A DNA stretch of 64,000 bases from an uncultured Verrucomicrobiae bacterium (GTDB taxonomy: Bacteria; Verrucomicrobiota; Verrucomicrobiia; Chthoniobacterales; JAFAMB01). Shown here piece after piece: positions 31,831 through 42,675 of the stretch. The position numbers and the translations under genes are program-made. The stretch lies in NCBI GenBank assembly GCA_963782115.1, contig CAWAIK010000005.1, positions 128,001 to 192,000 of the forward strand, in the 5' to 3' direction. The number at the start of each line of letters is the position of its first letter. The first letter of the stretch is position 1. Under the pieces are notes generated by a model. The model was not told where the DNA came from. It saw only the letters and a list, made by a program, of their open reading frames with translations, and made no database searches.

Positions 31831-32673
31831 ATGACTGAATCACAAATTCACACCCACGATCGAGCCTTTGACTTCCTGAAGATCAATGAGCGCGCGGCCA
31901 AGCCGCGTTCACGCGGCGTGACGGAAATTCGCGGGCCGTATTACACACCCATGGGGAAATACTACCTGCAAGATGTTCTGGAGACAATGGGCGCGTACGT
32001 CGATGTGCTCAAGTTCGCCGCCGGATCGTTCAGTTTGATGCCGCGCAAAGCGGTGCAGGAACTGCTTGACCTGTGCCACTCGTGCAACGTCCTGGTCTCC
32101 ACCGGTGGCTTTATCGAGCACGTGCTGACGCAAGGACCCGACGCCGTCACTCGCTACATTGAAGAATGCAAGCGGCTCGAGTTCGACATCGTGGAAATCT
32201 CTACCGGCTTCATCACGATCCCGACCGACGATTGGCTGCGCCTGGTGGAGAACGTGCAAAAGGCGGGTTTAAAGGCCAAGCCCGAGGTCGGAATCCAATT
32301 CGGAGCAGGCGGCGCGACTGCCGCTGCGGAGTTGGAGGTCGAAGGAACGCGCGATCCCGAATGGGCGATCTCACAGGCGAAGCGTTTTGTCGATGCCGGT
32401 GCGTACATGATTATGATCGAGTCGGAGGGCATCACCGAGAACGTGAAAGTGTGGCGCACTGATGTGGTTGCCAAAATCATCAACGCTCTGGGACTGGAGA
32501 AGCCGATGTTTGAAGCAGCGGATCCTGACGTCTTCTCGTGGTATATCAAAAATTACGGTGCGGAAGTAAACCTCTTTGTGGATCACAGCCAGATCGTCCA
32601 GCTCGAATGCCTGCGTTCGGGCATCTGGGGCACCAAAAGTCTTTGGGGCCGGATCCTCACATACAAAGGTTGA
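31831..32673 (+). CDS. comA: Phosphosulfolactate synthase family protein (ComA; HSA32-like clade)
   Basis: KPRSRGVTEIRGPYY, YVDVLKFAAGS, IVEISTGF, MIESEG, MFEA, VNLFVD, LECLRSG. Confidence 0.85.
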   Translation: MTESQIHTHDRAFDFLKINERAAKPRSRGVTEIRGPYYTPMGKYYLQDVLETMGAYVDVLKFAAGSFSLMPRKAVQELLDLCHSCNVLVSTGGFIEHVLTQGPDAVTRYIEECKRLEFDIVEISTGFITIPTDDWLRLVENVQKAGLKAKPEVGIQFGAGGATAAAELEVEGTRDPEWAISQAKRFVDAGAYMIMIESEGITENVKVWRTDVVAKIINALGLEKPMFEAADPDVFSWYIKNYGAEVNLFVDHSQIVQLECLRSGIWGTKSLWGRILTYKG

Positions 32674-32899
32674 GCCACGTGCGGCTACATTCGCCAACAA
32701 TTGAAGAGATACACAATGAAACACCTCGAGTAGAGAAGCCAGAGGGAGTAATGGTTGCCGAAGCTCAAAAGTCTGAAGGTTAAGCTAAACTAAAAGTAAC
32801 ATTCTCGAACAAACCCCCGATTTGAGAACGTTATTGAGAATCATAATAGTAAATTCTCCGCGCGGCATCACGGCGAGCGATAAGGAGCATTTCGCTGGC

Positions 32900-33120
32900 G
32901 TGGACGACAATGGAATGACTTCAGCCATCAGGATGACGCCGCATCATTTCCAACTCTTGTCGGACGGTGGATCGATCGAGGTCGAGGCCGACCACCGATC
33001 TGACAGCGTCAGTCGAGACCGCCGTTCGCGGTCACATGAGCCAGATCGCGGGTATGTTCTCCGAAGGCAACTTTTCGTTGCCTATGTTCGTCCATGACAC
33101 ATTGCCTCCAGGCGTGGAGA
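32900..33120 (+). pseudogene. Conserved hypothetical protein fragment
   Basis: HHFQLLSDGGSIEV.../RGHMSQIAGMFSEGNFSLPMFVHDTLPPGV, frameshifted. Confidence 0.45.
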
Positions 33121-33139
33121 AGACAAGACACAAAACCGA

Positions 33140-33330
33140 ATCCAAAAGGACTCGAAGCGGAAGTGGGCAAAGTCGCCGATCTCGTGAGCTACCAGGACGA
33201 CTCGATTGTGAATCGCAAAATCGTGAAGAAGCCGGGCACTGTGACGGTCTTTGCTTTCGACGAAGGGTAAGGCATGAGCGAACACACAGACCCGTTCTAT
33301 GCACTGGTTCAGGTGCTGGAAGACGAAGTC
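33140..33330 (+). pseudogene. Cupin fragment with internal stop
   Basis: LVSYQDDSIVNRKIVKK-GTVTVFAFDEG*GMSEHTDPFYALVQVLE. Confidence 0.7.
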
Positions 33331-33339
33331 CCGAGCCGC

Positions 33340-33475
33340 TCAACCGAGCGGGCTCGCCCTTCAACGCGGCGATCGCGCAGCCAAGCGAGTCCAGAATTCG
33401 AATTTTCAGTTGATCGCGCGCCGTCGCTAACACTTCGTCGTAAAGACCCACGAATGCGACGAGTTGTTCAACGAG
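33340..33475 (-). pseudogene. MmgE/PrpD 5' fragment, copy 3
   Basis: LVEQLVAFV...ARDQLKIRILDSLGCAIAALKGEP. Confidence 0.85.
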
Positions 33476-33526
33476 GCGAAAGTATTCGGACTTGGAGATG
33501 AATGATGATGGGCTGATATTAGCCCC

Positions 33527-33823
33527 ATGCAAATGAATGAAAAACTGACGAGAATCATTCATGGACGCACGATCGAGCTCATAACCAAAGAAGAAGAACT
33601 GGTCGTAATCGTCTTTGACGATCATTCAACGATGCGTATCAAAGTTGCGGGAGCGCCAACCGTGAACGTGTTGGGCGAGGGCAAAATCGAATCCGCAGGA
33701 GAAGACGGAGGCCAGCTGACCCTCGTCGGCGAGGACAGTCGGACGGCGGTCTTACAACTAGCCGAGCCCGGCTTTTCCGTAACCGTTAAGGATAAGAACG
33801 ACAAAGTCGAATATTCGGGATGA
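33527..33823 (+). CDS. Hypothetical protein, 98 aa
   Basis: Clean ORF, beta-rich pattern. Confidence 0.55.
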   Translation: MQMNEKLTRIIHGRTIELITKEEELVVIVFDDHSTMRIKVAGAPTVNVLGEGKIESAGEDGGQLTLVGEDSRTAVLQLAEPGFSVTVKDKNDKVEYSG

Positions 33824-33889
33824 TCGGGTTCGCGTTTCGACGCTTGCGAAGCCGTTGACCCCGTGGCAGTCCCTGCGCTTCGGTTACCG

Positions 33890-34120
33890 CGAGACGTTCG
33901 AGACGCCGTCGCCGGATCCTTATGAAAACTTGGTGTGGGATGTATTGATTAGCGACGAAACGCTTTTTATGCGCGCTGATCAAGTCGAGGCTGCGTAGGA
34001 AGCGCTGATGCCGGTGCTCGACGCGTGGGGCGACGCCTCCGCCCGATGGTTTACCAAACTACGCTGCCGGCACTTGGGGGGCCACGCGCGGCCAAGGATC
34101 TGATCGCGCGTGGAGGACGC
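33890..34120 (+). pseudogene. zwf: Glucose-6-phosphate dehydrogenase C-terminal fragment
   Basis: PDPYENLVWDVL...TLFMRADQVEAA*EALMPVLDAW.../NYAAGTWGP. Confidence 0.8.
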
Positions 34121-34293
34121 GAGTTCTTTTTGCCGCTCGTTGTCAGCGATCCAAGCCGTGAAAGCCGGCGTGAGAGGGGAACGTTAAGCTCGGTTGGGGC
34201 TGCAATAAATATTCAAAAATGCAGTCACAGTTTCTCATTTTGAACGCGGATTTGCTGTTGGGGCGCTTATGGTGAAGGGGCAGGTGCATCGAT

Positions 34294-34343
34294 AAGATGC
34301 AATATGCTCAATTTGCTATAAAGCAAGATCTAAGATATATGTT
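34294..34343. promoter_or_regulatory. Candidate NsrR operator upstream of the intact rrf2
   Basis: AAGATGCAATA half-site, TTGCT-ATAA-AGCAA dyad and ATATATGTT half-site. Confidence 0.6.
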
Positions 34344-34358
34344 TGTATAGGTTTTCTT

Positions 34359-34817
34359 ATGCGACTCACTTTTTCTACCGATTATGCTCTGCGTTTGTTG
34401 ATGCTGGTTGGACTCGAACCGGAACGTCTTGTGACCATCGAGGAGGTCGCAGATCGTTTCGGAATATCAAAAAACCATTTGATGAAAGTAGCATACCAGC
34501 TCGGGCAGGCAGGATATCTTGAAACGGTTCGGGGCCGTAACGGAGGATTGCGCTTGGGAAAGGCGCCAGACCAGATCGTGGTGGGAGAAGTGGTCCGCAA
34601 GATGGAACCGGACTTCGCGGTGGTCGAATGCCAAAATCCGGCGGGCTACTGCAGGATCGCGCCCTGCTGTACGCTGCGTTCTGCGATGGGCGAAGCTGTC
34701 AAAGCTTTTCTTGCGAAACTCGATCAATACACCCTCGAGAACCTGCTTCGACCAAAATTTAGGCTGCGCCAATTGCTTGGCGTCAATCAGGAGAAGGCGT
34801 TTGCCCCGGGTCGATGA
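34359..34817 (+). CDS. nsrR: Rrf2-family regulator, NsrR-like
   Basis: TDYALRLL, ISKNHLMKV, TVRGRNGGLRL, ECx5Cx4CC cysteine cluster. Confidence 0.85.
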   Translation: MRLTFSTDYALRLLMLVGLEPERLVTIEEVADRFGISKNHLMKVAYQLGQAGYLETVRGRNGGLRLGKAPDQIVVGEVVRKMEPDFAVVECQNPAGYCRIAPCCTLRSAMGEAVKAFLAKLDQYTLENLLRPKFRLRQLLGVNQEKAFAPGR

Positions 34818-35076
34818 GGGTCGGGATTCAAGGCGTTAAGCCGAATCCGGGATTGCTTCTGTATCTGAACAAGACTAATGCAGAGCACAATCGAGGGAGA
34901 TTTCGGAGAGTTCTCTGGCTCTTTCCGCGTTGGCTCACGCGCAAATAAGCGCTTGGGGAAGTTGTTTCGGCCAAGCTCGAATTTTTCGAGGTATAACCGA
35001 ATTTTGTGTATGAGGAGATAAGAAAAGGCGCGTCTTTTCAGTAAGACCTCCATCGTCCCGAATTTCCGGATAGCCA

Positions 35077-35264
35077 GTGGTGTTTATATCGCTGGGCTCT
35101 GTTCGTCTTCGCTTGAGTCCTCGCTGCAATGTGCTCAGCGTCATTGCGTGGATCCGGCAAAACTCGCCTCGTGATAGGCCACTTGTTCCAAACTCACTCA
35201 CAAGCCGCTGGACCTCCTGCCGCGTGGGCCGGCGGCGCGCTTTAACTTCTTCGGGTTCCGTCAT
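35077..35264 (-). mobile_element. IS66-family accessory protein TnpA fragment
   Basis: RLVSEFGTSGLSRGEFCRIH. Confidence 0.65.
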
Positions 35265-35425
35265 CCGCCCACTTCAACAAATTCCGCCGCGAAATGGTAG
35301 TTTCAGACCGCCAGATCCCCTTGAATTAGGATGAGCCGGAGATTTCGTAAACGAGGCGCAGATCGGTGCCTGGAAAAACAGTTTCTGTAGCTGTTATTTC
35401 TGCGCAGATGTGGCGGAGGATTTCG

Positions 35426-35695
35426 TCATGTGCTTCGGTGTCGGGCTTCCGGATCGTCAATGGAAATGCGCGTCTTGTCGGCTGCGGGAGTCATGCAGGC
35501 CATAACAATTTTGCCTTCGGTGTCTCGCTCTCCCTTGAACAACTTAATAGCGCACAGGCGGCAGGCGCCGACTGATCCCATCGCCGGATGCCAGCAGAAG
35601 TAGGGCAGATCGAAACCCAATGACAGACAGGCATGAAGCAGATTTCGTTCGCCAGAGACTTCATAGGTTCGATCATCGATATAAATCTTCGCCAT
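35426..35695 (-). pseudogene. nuoG: NuoG N-terminal 2Fe-2S domain only
   Basis: [19 protein letters not shown]. Confidence 0.9.
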
Positions 35696-35698
35696 GCG

Positions 35699-36618
35699 TC
35701 ATCTCCACGGGCAGCGTTTCTCGCGAATGTGTCGTTCAAAATCGTCTTTAAAGAACTTCAGCGCGCTGGCCAACGGTTCCATTGCGCCGGGCGCCAAAGC
35801 ACAAAAGGTAAATCCCAGCCCGAGGAATTTGGTGTGCAGCGACAAACATTCCAAATCTTTGAACTCTCCCTGGCCCTCGTCGATGGCTTGCAGCAGCCGA
35901 GCAGTCCACGGGAGTCCGTCGCGACAGGGCGTGCACCAACCGCAGGATTCGTGGGCGAAAAACTTCTCGAGATTCTGCACCATGGCGACCGGGCAGGTCT
36001 TGTCATCGAGCACAATCATCGTACCGGTGCCCATTCGGCTCCCTGCCTGCTGCACCGATTCAAAATCCATTTTGACGTCCAGATGCTCCTCCACGAGGAA
36101 CTCGGCCGAAGCTCCACCGGGAATTACTGCGCGAAAGCGGTAACCCTCACGCATACCGCCTGCATGTTCTTCGAGGATTTCCCGAATGGTCGTACCCATC
36201 GGCAGCTCCCATAAACCCGGTTTTTTGACCCGACCGCTGACTCCATAGAGTTTGGTTCCCCCATTTTTAAGCCTCCGTGATGGCTTGAGCCAATCGCCTC
36301 TGTGCCAGCTTGTAAGCCCATCGCAAAAAAATGTAGGCGACCTCGGCCTGGACCGCGTAGGCGCTGATGATCATGGCTTCAATAAGCTGGTGCGGGTTGC
36401 CTTCCAGCAGCAGGCGATCTTTAAAGGTGCCGGGCTCCATCTCGTCTGCATTGGCAGCGAGATATTTTGGACGCGGTACGTCCTTGCCCATTGGAACGAA
36501 GCTCCACTTCTGGCCGGCCGAAAAGCCGGCGCCACCCCGGCCGCGTAAATTGGATTTTGTTACGGTGTGCACAACCACTTTCGGCGTCATGCTGCGTAAC
36601 GCTTTGCGCATAGCCTGG
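35699..36618 (-). pseudogene. nuoF: NuoF with 5' and internal deletions
   Basis: LRGRGGAGF, NADEMEPGTFKDR, gap at ~36268, HESCGWCTPCRDG, FCALA. Confidence 0.9.
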
Positions 36619-37002
36619 AGCATGGTCGCAAGCGCCCAGGCAGACGATCGGCAACAGGGTAAAACGCCCGTCCGGGGTCGTTTCGCCTGGCTCGACGCCC
36701 AGGAGCATGGTCAGATGCTCACAAATCCGCTCGTAGCCCATGATCGAGCAGCTCACGCTGTCACAGATCAGGATCACATGCCGGCCAACAGGGCTGCGAA
36801 AAATCAGGTTGTAAAACGTGGCCACGTTGTCGAGTTCATCTGCCGTCATCTCCAGGAAAGCAGCGACCTCCACCAGAGCTTCGTCGGAGACCCCTCCCCG
36901 ATGCTTTTGGACGACCCTCAACGCTTCGATGCACACGGCACGCCTCTGTTCATAGCGCGGAAATTCGACTTCAATCTCTCGTTTTTCTTCTTCGCTCAAC
37001 AT
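36619..37002 (-). pseudogene. nuoE: NuoE, 3'-truncated and fused to nuoF
   Basis: VATFYN, CDSVSC, CLGACDHAP. Confidence 0.9.
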
Positions 37003-37034
37003 TGTCGTATCTTTGTCTGTAATCGCTCATCAAT

Positions 37035-37975
37035 TTAGCGGTCCACGTCAGCGAGCACGAAGTCGATGCTGCCCAAAATCGCCAGCAGATCGGGAATAAA
37101 CGAGCCACGGCTCATCAGCGAGATCATTTGCAAGTGCGCAAAGGACGGCGTGCGAATCCGGGTGCGGTATGACACCGTGCTTCCGTCACTGATCAAATAG
37201 TAGCTGTTATTTCCTTTCGTGGCTTCGATGCCGACGCAGGCTTCGCCCGGCGGAATGACCGGCCCCCAGCTCACATCCAGGAAGTGCGTGATAAGCGTTT
37301 CGATATCGTGCATGGTGCGCTCTTTGAGGGGCGGCGTCGCCAGCGGGTGGTCGGACTTGTAAGGCCCAGAAGGCATGTTCTTCAAGCATTGCTCGATGAT
37401 CCGCAGGCTTTGGCGCATCTCCTCCACGCGCACAAGCGCTCGGTCATAACAATCCCCGTGTTGGGCCGTGGGGATGTCGACTCGAACTGATCATACCCGG
37501 AGTACGGACGCTTCTTGCGAAAGAAGGTAGGCGAGATTGTTCATCACCCCGGCCAGATAGTCGACACGGTCGGTGTAAGGGATATAGGTATGCCAGGATT
37601 GGCGCTCGCCCATTTTCTCGGCGCCGCGGTGGTGATATCCAATATCCGGCACGGCATCGACGATCTCCTCACCGTTGCGCGGGCAGGATGGTCTTTGCGC
37701 AGCGGATGACCTTCCCAAGTGGGCGGCATCAAGATCCGTCGCAAGTGCGGATGACCGTCGATGCCGATGCCAAACATGTCCCAGACTTCGCGCTCGTACC
37801 AGTTCGCCGCGGGCCAGATGTCGGTGACGGTCGGAAGCGAGGGAGATTCGCCTTTGAGCGGCACCTTAATGCGGGCGTCTTCATTTCGTTCATAGGAGAG
37901 TAGATGATAAACAACAGCGAAATCACCCTCTGGTTGGCCCTCCCGGCTGGTGCGGACGCGTTCGTCGATACCGGT
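37035..37975 (-). pseudogene. nuoC: NuoC/D with multiple internal deletions
   Basis: [13 protein letters not shown]...GHPLRKD / GYHHRGAEK...DRVDYL / RVEEMRQS...RIRTPSF...ADVDR. Confidence 0.9.
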
Positions 37976-37977
37976 AT

Positions 37978-38090
37978 TTTCTTTGCCCACAGCATCTCGG
38001 AGCAACAACACGCCTTCGAGAAATGCGTCCGGCCGCGGCGGGCACCCGGGCACATAGACATCCACACGCGGCATCTCCTGGGTTATGCAA
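37978..38090 (-). pseudogene. nuoB: NuoB fragment
   Basis: [18 protein letters not shown]. Confidence 0.85.
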
Positions 38091-38202
38091 CCAGAGCGCG
38101 CCGCTATGTTCGCCACCGAGTTCGGCGTCACCAGGCTTTCGTCCAAATCTATTCATTGTTAGGGCATAACCGTGGCGTCCACTCCGCCATCAGCGGTAAA
38201 CA

Positions 38203-38992
38203 TCATTCAAATTTCCAATCCGGATCATCCGGATGTTTCAAGTCCCAGAGCGGCCGGCGGCTGCGAACCTCAGGAATCTTTTCATAGTTGTACTCGGGTG
38301 GAGGCGAGGTCGTGGTCCACTCGAGCGTCCAGGCATCCCAGGGATCGTCTCGGGCGGTTTTGCCTCGCCAAGCCGACCAGATCAAGTTGATGACGAAGAT
38401 GATGACAGCTATCGCCTGAACGACGGCCCCTACCGAAGAGATTAAGTTCAAAAGCTCCCATCCCCGGCCGGGCTGATAGGTATAGATTCGCCGCGGCATG
38501 CCGAGGAAGCCCGCGAAATGCTGAGGGTCAAAGGTCAGGTGGAAACCGATGGTGAACAACCAAAAATGCCAAAGTCCTAGTTTGTTGTTCAGCATCCGAC
38601 CAAAGGCTTTCGGATACCAAAAATAAAAAAATGCGAATACCGCGAACAATATTGAACCGACGATAACGTAGTGGAAGTGCGCGATGACGGACCCAGAAGA
38701 TCATGACCGTGCCGTGCATCGTAAAGAGCTGATTGAAAGCCTGTGGAGTGACTACGTGTCCATTCGGGAAGGCAAGTTGTGCTCGGATGAGGATTGCCAT
38801 GATCCCGGCCAGGACGAAAAACCATAGCCCGGCGCTTATGTACAGCATACCGAGTTTCTTATGGTCTACCGTGAAGACGAGATCTTGAATCCACCCGGTT
38901 AACGTCCCTTTCTCTTCCCCTGGCCTTGCCGGAAACTGCTCAGTTCCTGTGTCGAAATCATTCGTCCTGTGTTTTTTTGCTAAGAGATGCAT
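38203..38992 (-). pseudogene. ctaD: Cytochrome c oxidase subunit I, most of the core deleted
   Basis: TVDHKKLG...NQLFTMHGTVMIFWV joined at ~38688 to VIAHFHYV...GMPRRIYTY...TLEWTT. Confidence 0.9.
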
Positions 38993-39088
38993 TGCTCCTG
39001 AAAGCTCATTGGGTTTTGTTCCTGCTGCTAGGCTTCACCACTGGCGCACTTGCATACTTAAATCGATCTCCATCAGCCATTAGATTAG

Positions 39089-39589
39089 TCAAAATACCCA
39101 GATCAGTTTCAATGAAGGTTCCTCGTGATCTTCTGCATCGCTAAGCGACTGCTCAAAAAAATCGAGGCCGTGCTGCAGCGCAAGATTCGCTAGGCAAGCG
39201 TACACCGAACTCCGAATCGCAGAGGCCGCGCCTTCGAACAGCGCCACCAGAGCGCATTCGTGATGTATTGTTTGCGTCAACCGTTCATCTATTAGCGCGC
39301 GGATTTTAGCTGGAAGGCGCCCCTCGCAGCGGAGCGAGATTATGAGCAGATCAGCCTCGGCGAGCGCGGGAGCCGCCAAGGCGTTGAGTTTCGGATTCTG
39401 CAGAATGTCCAAACGCCACATCGAGTGTCTGAACTCCAAATTGTTCCCGAGTTCGCCGGCGACGTAGTCGAGACCTTTTTTTGCTCGCTTCCCAGTTCCA
39501 AAATCCTCATACATGATCACGACATTGAATGGGGTGGGCGGACTCCTGTCGACAGAGAGCATCCCTTGGGACAACATGAGGGATTGCAT
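39089..39589 (-). CDS. Conserved hypothetical protein
   Basis: FNVVIMYEDFGTGKRAK...; a second partial copy lies at 48105-48327. Confidence 0.65.
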   Translation of the reverse strand: MQSLMLSQGMLSVDRSPPTPFNVVIMYEDFGTGKRAKKGLDYVAGELGNNLEFRHSMWRLDILQNPKLNALAAPALAEADLLIISLRCEGRLPAKIRALIDERLTQTIHHECALVALFEGAASAIRSSVYACLANLALQHGLDFFEQSLSDAEDHEEPSLKLIWVF

Positions 39590-39819
39590 AAGAACTCAAT
39601 TCTTGCGCTATTTTCGAGCTCTGACAATTGGGCCTTTTCCCAACTCGCATCTACGAAATATTCCGATGTCTATCGGAGAATTTTTGCATGTCACCGTGAT
39701 TCTCGAGTCTCGGCTCAGCGGGAGGCAAACGAGATACTTTTTGGGCGCTTCTTTGGAGGATGTTGAACTCGGCATCCCCAGCTTTCGTCCACAGGCGGAG
39801 TCGGCTCATTATTGTTGGA

Positions 39820-42110
39820 GTTTTGTCCGCCCTCGCGACCATCGAATTTTGCGGAGCCCGGAATAGGCGACCGGCATAATCCAAAGCACAAGAGGGATTT
39901 GCACGATAGGGCCGGATATGATCGCAATTGCCGGTGGTTGCAACATCGCCGATCCTTGGCCAAGGGCGAGGCTCAGAGGAAGAAGGGCTAAGATAGCGGC
40001 AATTGTCGTCATTGCGATCGGGCGAAACCGATTCACCGCCGCCTGGATCAAGCTGTTGACTTCATGCCGATTCTCAAGATCCAGGTATTCAGAAAAATAG
40101 AAGATCGCAATTTCCGTGACGATTCCGATGACCATCGTCATACCCATCATAGCCGTAATGTTACGCTCTGTTCCGGTGATCCAAAGCCCGACGAAGACCG
40201 CGCCTGTTGCGAGAAGCGACATGGCCAGAATGAGGGCGGCGATGAGGAAGCTCTGATACAGAAACAGCAGCAGGATGAAGACAAGCACGAGTGCAGAAAC
40301 AAAAACGATCGTGAGATCGCGCATTGCGATGAGCTGTTGCTTGTATTGTACAGACCGCCGAGTTCATAAGTAATCTCCTTGGGAATGAAATTGTTGCTTT
40401 TGAGTATGCTCTCAACCTCGGCAGCGACCGTATCCACACTTCTCCCGTGTACCCGAGCTGTCACCGCCACCATCCGCCTCAGATTCTCACGGTCAATCTC
40501 CGGCTGGCCCGCGATCGTGTCGACCTGAGCGATGCGTTTCAAGTGGCACGCGGTGACCATCGGTCGCGCGGATCTGCAAGTGCCGTACATCATCCGCAGA
40601 CTGGCGGTAATCGGTGGGAATCCAGACTCTGATTCCGACTACTTTGAGCGTCTGTTCAACCGTGCTTGCCACATTGCCGGTGAGATAGTCATTAAGCTGT
40701 GTCGTCACCTCGTCGGGTGTAATGCCCTCAAGGGCCGCTTGCTGTCTATTTACGTTGACCTCTAGGGCGTCACCAATAATCACTATGCCGTTTTTGACAT
40801 CCACAATCCCGTTCAACTTCGAAATGGTCTGCGCGACTCGCGGACCAAGCTTCAGAAGTTCGTGTGGGTCGGTTTTATCTCAATCGGCTGAGGAACTGCA
40901 GTCAGATCGCCAATGAGATCCTCCAACGGCTGCGACATCTCAATCGTGATCCCGGGTACCGTATGCTTAATTCGACTGCGCACATCAGCCATGACCTTGT
41001 CAATTGCACGTCTGGGCAGCGGCTTGAGCCGCACGAAGAAATCACCCGAGTTCGCTTTTGTTAGGCTCCCTCCCAGCCCGAGTCCCGTCCGCCGCGAATA
41101 CGTGAGAACTTCGGGCATCGTCTCGAGGATTATCTCAACTTGGCGCAGGACGCGATCCGTTTCCGTCAACGCCGTGCCAGGCGGGGTGGTAGTCGAGAAT
41201 GAATCCCCCTTCGTCCATAGCAGGCAGAAAGCCGGCGCCCAATTGGTGAAAAGCAAAGTAACCGGCACCCGCAAGCGGCAAGGCGATCGTGAGTGCAAGC
41301 CAGGGACGACGAAGTCCGAAGCCGAGTGAAGCGCCATTCCGAGAACCGATAACAGCAGTCCCGTTACTGCAAGCACAACGGGCACGACCAGAATGCCGAT
41401 CAATGTGATTTTCCAGCTGCGCAGAAAGACGAACAGCACGACAGCGGCCAAGCCAATGCCGATTGGGATAGCATCGCGGACGCTGCTGACTGCGTCCGAA
41501 ACGAGTGTCCCCTGGTTGTACCAAGTATGAAACACGACGCCCTGAGGGATGATCCCGGAAAGACTCGCGAGTTTTGCGCTCAGCTCGGTTCCGATCGCAA
41601 CTGTGCTGGCACCGGGCTGCTGATAGACCGGCATGAGAACCGCGACCTTTCCGTCGGCGGTGACCCGTGTCCATACGGACTTATCAGCAACTCCACAGTC
41701 GCCACATCCTCAAGTTCGACGATCCCATCGCTGCCGTGTTTAAGGATCGTGTGACCGATCTGGTCAGGAGATGCGAAGCGACTGTTGGACAGGACTAAAT
41801 AAAGCCTGTCGCGCTCTTCCAGTCGGCCGACGGCCACAAGTACGTTGGAAGCCGTCAGCGCCTTTACAACGTCCAGGATTGTGAGATTATGCGCCCGCAT
41901 ACGGACCGGATCGACATTGACGCGGTATTCTTCCTCTTCGCCGCCCAGGACAGCGATCCTCGCCACGCCATTGACAGTCGAAAGTGCAGGTGAAAGTTGA
42001 TTGGGCGAGATCACGCAGCGCGATCGGATCCAGCGTGTCCGAGGTCAGGCTGAAGGCAATGACTCGGAAGACTTCGGAGTCCATCCGCCGGGCCGTATAG
42101 GTAGTCCCGA
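39820..42110 (-). pseudogene. RND efflux permease (AcrB/CusA family), many deletions and frameshifts
   Basis: NRFRPIAMTTIAAILALLPL, MDEGGFILDY, DLTAVPQPIEIK, RENLRRMVAVTA. Confidence 0.85.
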
Positions 42111-42117
42111 TGGGCAC

Positions 42118-42636
42118 TTAGCACAGAAGCTGCCATAGGGTAGCCTGCGCGTACCTCACCACGATTTGCGCCTGTTCGAGCGTTTGACGGGATATGACAC
42201 GCTTGGACCACAAAAACTCCATGCGCTTCAACTTGGCGTTTGCAAATTCGACCGCGGCCTGAGCCTTGCGGTAAGCTTCTTGCGCCGCCGCTGCCGCAAT
42301 CAGTCCTGCCAGCGGGCTTCCCTGTTTCACGGTCTCGCCGGCACGTACGTAAACCTTGTTAACAATCGAATCGTGAGGGGCATCGACCGAAACAACATCG
42401 GCGGGCCGCGACTGCACCTTCCAGAAGCCGGTGACGGTTGATTGGAAGATCTCTTTTTTGGCTGGCATTACAGACACGTGGGCGACCACCTCATCTTGTT
42501 TGTCGGCTGACACGCCATCGGTGGGCACAACGGACGAGATTGTCCCACTCAATGTGAGGAGCACACTGCTGCACCACAAGAGAGTTCTAGGCGCCCTAAA
42601 GAGCCGCCTTCGTTGCACTGCGGTTGAAAGCCTCAT
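42118..42636 (-). pseudogene. RND membrane fusion protein, truncated
   Basis: KVYVRAGETVKQGSPL lipoyl-like motif plus coiled coil. Confidence 0.7.
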
Positions 42637-42675
42637 GCGACACCTTCTTTCCGGCGGGGCTGTCGGCCCAAGGCT

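Noticed and set aside
31831..32673. Coenzyme M biosynthesis cluster
   Set aside because: Only a ComA-family gene is present; no comB-E, xcb partners or alkene-metabolism genes.
35426..38090. Programmed gene scrambling with later unscrambling, or protein splicing
   Set aside because: The missing segments are not found elsewhere in the window and the retained pieces carry frameshifts, so loss is the simpler explanation.
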